From contig OZ024745.1 of the NCBI GenBank assembly GCA_964016885.1, positions 47,430,001 to 47,494,000 on the forward strand: a DNA stretch of 64,000 nucleotides, read 5' to 3'. The translations under genes and the position numbers were made by a program. Under the pieces are notes generated by a model. The model saw nothing but the letters and a program-made list of their open reading frames with translations. It was not told where the DNA came from and did no database searches. The stretch comes from Eledone cirrhosa. Its lineage: Eukaryota. Positions within the stretch are counted from its first letter, which is position 1. Each line of letters starts with the position of its first letter. Positions 58,474 to 64,000 of this stretch are shown in pieces.

Positions 58474-58660
58474 AAAACCCTAGTAACAGCAACAACCACC
58501 CGTCGCAAACAACAGCAAGAGATGATTCTGCGCGCACTACGTGCTGAAGAAGAACGCAAGAGAATCGGCCGTGAAAATTTTCCACTGACCACTACTCCAG
58601 TATTGCAACTTGCCGCTTATGAACCTGCCCTTCATCATGTTAGTGAAGATCATGAAGAAG
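58474..58660 (+). CDS. unc80: unc-80 exon (KTLVTATTTRRKQQQEMILRALRAEEERKRIGRENF...AAYEPALHHVSEDHEE)
   Basis: ttcag| and |gtaacc, phase 0-1; resembles UNC80 EEEKKRLGRE...YEP as recalled. Confidence 0.92.
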
Positions 58661-59634
58661 GTAACCACAGACCCCTTACTTCTGAAGACTGTATGCAAAT
58701 ATTTCTTTATGTATGTATTTTCTTTAGCAAATTTAAGGACACAACTTTCTACAAGATTTTTCTACTATTTCAGCTTTTTAGTTAAGCTTTATCAATATAC
58801 TTGATAGATTCAAAAGCCATTAATGAGAAAAATCTGGAAGTAATTGATCAGGAGATGTTTTGAAGTTTAAAAATAAATATCCTTATTTAAACAAACCTTA
58901 TGAATGATTGAAGTGTTTGAAAATGTGAGAGACCTGAAAGCAGAAAATAATTATAATAACAGTTGATTACTATAAGTAGTTGAGAAAAATGGATAAATTA
59001 CCCTTAGAGATGAAAAAAAAAGCTCCTGTCCACTTTTTTCTGTCTCTATTTTCCCAACTATTTTCTATAGTGATCAACTGTTATTACAGTTATTTTCTAC
59101 ATTTGGGTCTCACACATTTTCAAATAAACTTATTGTTTTAACATTTATATTTCCTTGCTGATGGAAATATAAATGTTTGATGGCTTTGCTCTCCATGGAT
59201 ATCATCAGTCTTGTGTTATTTCATCTGATTTTATATAGCTTTATATGTTTTCCAGCATTTGAATATTCACAATCCATTTATCACTAATTCAATTTATAAG
59301 CAATTTTCTGTCAAAGTGCACCATACAGTCTTAAATATGGAAGGGACACATTTATCAGTGTAATCTAAGACAGATATACCCTTAAAAAGATAGGGTGAAC
59401 ATAGCTTGAATTCTTTTGATTATATGTCTGCTCAATCAGCATCTCTATACCAGTAATTCTTTACTGTAGACATCAGAAAATGTCTTTGATGCTCAGTTGT
59501 TTCTTCACACATTTGTATTGATAACATTACATATCTATTGAACTGTCCTCAGCCAATAATTGTAGTTCAATCTCTGCAATCATTTCTGTTTTTCACTGTC
59601 ATATGATCACACTTATTAAATATCTCAGTTTGTA

Positions 59635-62600
59635 CTTCACTGCAGTGGCAAATTGGTAAAGTAGCAAGTACTTTGGTCTTCACTGCAGTGGTAACTTGGT
59701 CAAGTAACAAGTACTTTGGTCTTCACTGCAGTGGCAAATTGGTAGTATAGCAAGTACTTTGGTCTTCACTGCAGTGGCAAATTGGTAGTGTAGGAAGTAC
59801 TTTGGTCTTCACTGCAGTGGTAACTTGGTAGTGTAGCAAGTACTTTGGTCTTCACTGCAGTGGTAACTTGGTAGTGTAGCAAGTACTTTGGTCTTCACTG
59901 CAGTGGTAACTTGGTAGTGTAGCAAGTACTTTGGTCTTCACTGCAGTGGTAACTTGGTCAAGTAACAAGTACTTTGGTCTTCACTGCAGTGGCAAATTGG
60001 TAGTATAGCAAGTACTTTGGTCTTCACTGCAGTGGCAAATTGGTAGTGTAACAAGTACTTTGGTCTTCACTGCAGTGGTAACTTGGTAGTGTAACAAGTA
60101 CTTTGGTCTTCACTGCAGTGGTAACTTGGTAGTGTAGCAAGTACTTTGGTCTTCACTGCAGTGGTAACTTGGTAAAGTAACAAGTACTTTGGTCTTCACT
60201 GCAGTGGTAACTTGGTAGTGTAGCAAGTACTTTGGTCTTCACTGCAGTGGTAACTTGGTAGTTTAGCAAGTACTTTGGTCTTCACTGCAGTGGTAACTTG
60301 GTAGTGTAGCAAGTACTTTGGTCTTCACTGCAGTGGTAACTTGGTAGTGTAGCAAGTACTTTGGTCTTCACTGCAGTGGTAACTTGGTAGTGTAACAAGT
60401 ACTTTGGTCTTCACTGCAGTGGTAACTTGGTAGTGTAACAAGTACTTTGGTCTTCACTGCAGTGGTAACTTGGTAGTGTAGCAAGTACTTTGGTCTTCAC
60501 TGCAGTGGTAACTTGGTAGTGTAACAAGTACTTTGGTCTTCACTGCAGTGGTAACTTGGTAGTGTAGCAAGTACTTTGGTCTTCACTGCAGTGGTAACTT
60601 GGTAAAGTAGCAAGTACTTTGGTCTTCACTGCAGTGGTAACTTGGTAAAGTAGCAAGTACTTTGGTCTTCACTGCAGTGGTAACTTGGTAGTGTAACAAG
60701 TACTTTGGTCTTCACTGCAGTGGTAACTTGGTAGTGTAACAAGTACTTTGGTCTTCACTGCAGTGGTAACTTGGTAGTGTAGCAAGTACTTTGGTCTTCA
60801 CTGCAGTGGTAACTTGGTAGTGTAGCAAGTACTTTGGTCTTCACTGCAGTGGTAACTTGGTAGTGTAGCAAGTACTTTGGTCTTCACTGCAGTGGTAACT
60901 TGGTAGTGTAACAAGTACTTTGGTCTTCACTGCAGTGGTAACTTGGTAGTGTAGCAAGTACTTTGGTCTTCACTGCAGTGGTAACTTGGTAGTGTAACAA
61001 GTACTTTGGTCTTCACTGCAGTGGTAACTTGGTAGTGTAGCAAGTACTTTGGTCTTCACTGCAGTGGTAACTTGGTAAAGTAGCAAGTACTTTGGTCTTC
61101 ACTGCAGTGGTAACTTGGTAAAGTAGCAAGTACTTTGGTCTTCACTGCAGTGGTAACTTGGTAGTGTAACAAGTACTTTGGTCTTCACTGCAGTGGTAAC
61201 TTGGTAGTGTCGCAAGTACTTTGGTCTTCACTGCAGTGGTAACTTGGTAGTGTAACAAGTACTTTGGTCTTCACTGCAGTGGTAACTTGGTAGTGTAACA
61301 AGTACTTTGGTCTTCACTGCAGTGGTAACTTGGTAGTGTAGCAAGTACTTTGGTCTTCACTGCAGTGGTAACTTGGTAGTGTAACAAGTACTTTGGTCTT
61401 CACTGCAGTGGTAACTTGGTAGTGTAGCAAGTACTTTGGTCTTCACTGCAGTGGTAACTTGGTAGTGTAGCAAGTACTTTGGTCTTCACTGCAGTGGTAA
61501 CTTGGTAGTGTAACAAGTACTTTGGTCTTCACTGCAGTGGTAACTTGGTAGTGTAACAAGTACTTTGGTCTTCACTGCAGTGGTAACTTGGTAGTGTAGC
61601 AAGTACTTTGGTCTTCACTGCAGTGGTAACTTGGTAGTGTAACAAGTACTTTGGTCTTCACTGCAGTGGTAACTTGGTAGTGTAGCAAGTACTTTGGTCT
61701 TCACTGCAGTGGTAACTTGGTAGTGTAGCAAGTACTTTGGTCTTCACTGCAGTGGTAACTTGGTAGTGTAGCAAGTACTTTGGTCTTCACTGCAGTGGTA
61801 ACTTGGTAGTGTAACAAGTACTTTGGTCTTCACTGCAGTGGTAACTTGGTAGTGTAACAAGTACTTTGGTCTTCACTGCAGTGGTAACTTGGTAGTGTAG
61901 CAAGTACTTTGGTCTTCACTGCAGTGGTAACTTGGTAGTGTAACAAGTACTTTGGTCTTCACTGCAGTGGTAACTTGGTAGTGTAGCAAGTACTTTGGTC
62001 TTCACTGCAGTGGTAACTTGGTAGTGTAACAAGTACTTTGGTCTTCACTGCAGTGGTAACTTGGTAGTGTAGCAAGTACTTTGGTCTTCACTGCAGTGGT
62101 AACTTGGTAAAGTAGCAAGTACTTTGGTCTTCACTGCAGTGGTAACTTGGTAAAGTAGCAAGTACTTTGGTCTTCACTGCAGTGGTAACTTGGTAGTGTA
62201 ACAAGTACTTTGGTCTTCACTGCAGTGGTAACTTGGTAGTGTAACAAGTACTTTGGTCTTCACTGCAGTGGTAACTTGGTAGTGTAGCAAGTACTTTGGT
62301 CTTCACTGCAGTGGTAACTTGGTAGTGTAGCAAGTACTTTGGTCTTCACTGCAGTGGTAACTTGGTAGTGTAGCAAGTACTTTGGTCTTCACTGCAGTGG
62401 TAACTTGGTAGTGTAACAAGTACTTTGGTCTTCACTGCAGTGGTAACTTGGTAGTGTAGCAAGTACTTTGGTCTTCACTGCAGTGGTAACTTGGTAGTGT
62501 AACAAGTACTTTGGTCTTCACTGCAGTGGTAACTTGGTAGTGTAGCAAGTACTTTGGTCTTCACTGCAGTGGTAACTTGGTAAAGTAGCAAGTACTTTGG

Positions 62601-63688
62601 TCTTCACTGCAGTGGTAACTTGGTAAAGTAGCAAGTACTTTGGTCTTCACTGCAGTGGTAACTTGGTAGTGTAACAAGTACTTTGGTCTTCACTGCAGTG
62701 GTAACTTGGTAGTGTCGCAAGTACTTTGGTCTTCACTGCAGTGGTAACTTGGTAGTGTAACAAGTACTTTGGTCTTCACTGCAGTGGTAACTTGGTAGTG
62801 TAACAAGTACTTTGGTCTTCACTGCAGTGGTAACTTGGTAGTGTAGCAAGTACTTTGGTCTTCACTGCAGTGGTAACTTGGTAGTGTAACAAGTACTTTG
62901 GTCTTCACTGCAGTGGTAACTTGGTAGTGTAGCAAGTACTTTGGTCTTCACTGCAGTGGTAACTTGGTAGTGTAGCAAGTACTTTGGTCTTCACTGCAGT
63001 GGTAACTTGGTAGTGTAACAAGTACTTTGGTCTTCACTGCAGTGGTAACTTGGTAGTGTAACAAGTACTTTGGTCTTCACTGCAGTGGTAACTTGGTAGT
63101 GTAGCAAGTACTTTGGTCTTCACTGCAGTGGTAACTTGGTAGTGTAACAAGTACTTTGGTCTTCACTGCAGTGGTAACTTGGTAGTGTAGCAAGTACTTT
63201 GGTCTTCACTGCAGTGGTAACTTGGTAGTGTAGCAAGTACTTTGGTCTTCACTGCAGTGGTAACTTGGTAGTGTAGCAAGTACTTTGGTCTTCACTGCAG
63301 TGGTAACTTGGTAGTGTAACAAGTACTTTGGTCTTCACTGCAGTGGTAACTTGGTAGTGTAACAAGTACTTTGGTCTTCACTGCAGTGGTAACTTGGTAG
63401 TGTAGCAAGTACTTTGGTCTTCACTGCAGTGGTAACTTGGTAGTGTAACAAGTACTTTGGTCTTCACTGCAGTGGTAACTTGGTAGTGTAGCAAGTACTT
63501 TGGTCTTCACTGCAGTGGTAACTTGGTAGTGTAGCAAGTACTTTGGTCTTCACTGCAGTGGTAACTTGGTAGTGTAACAAGTACTTTGGTCTTCACTGCA
63601 GTGGTAACTTGGTAGTGTAACAAGTACTTTGGTCTTCACTGCAGTGGTAACTTGGTAGTGTAGCAAGTACTTTGGTCTTCACTGCAGT
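59635..63688. repeat. 43 bp minisatellite array, ~94 units
   Basis: Unit cttcactgcagtggtaacttggtagtgtarcaagtactttggt; period checked (59721 to 59764). Confidence 0.97.
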
Positions 63689-64000
63689 CGTTGAACAGAT
63701 TTATCTCACATGTTAGTATGGAAAATAAACTAACACTCAAAATGATATTATTGACCAAAAAATGATATAAGCCGCTTGGATAAGATTTTCTTATGTTTTG
63801 ATAACTTAGAAACTTGTCGTAAGTTTTAATATTCTTTCTAAATGTATATTTTCAAAAATGATTAATTTGAATGCTAAATGTTTTTCAAGAATTTTGTTTC
63901 TTCTTTTCTCTTCTAAAATGATATTTCTCTCACTGCTTATATTGTTTGTTGTCTTGTTTGGTGCATCTTAATGTTATGATATCTGCATTGTGGATGACTA

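Noticed and set aside
59635-63688. CRISPR-like appearance of the palindromic 43 bp array
   Set aside because: No unique spacers, no cas genes, and a eukaryotic intronic context; it is a minisatellite

Overview
Eukaryotic, AT-rich, microsatellite-dense genomic DNA, most likely from an octopus or other coleoid cephalopod (inferred from the CORE-type SINEs, RTE LINEs and Penelope elements). The window lies inside a + strand unc-80 gene (NALCN channel complex subunit). Eight exons at 49.1-58.7 kb and one probable upstream exon at 32.9 kb splice in frame. The introns hold retroelements inserted into (TA)n tracts: RTE-clade LINEs and their partner tRNA-derived SINEs, a twin-primed inverted LINE, and two 5'-truncated Naiad-like Penelope elements (one retaining RT + GIY-YIG, the other only the RT C-terminus + GIY-YIG). 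Both Penelope elements carry inverted copies of their 3' ends, and one forms an ~8.3 kb palindrome. A small Helitron is also present. Reading by eye reveals several type I hammerhead ribozyme motifs from unrelated families: some have very long stem II, three are sense to the unc-80 pre-mRNA, and one lies in a ~436 bp non-coding tandem unit resembling a retrozyme. The window ends in a ~4 kb array of 43 bp repeats with a 1505 bp higher-order duplication. All calls were made by eye, without database searches or folding software.
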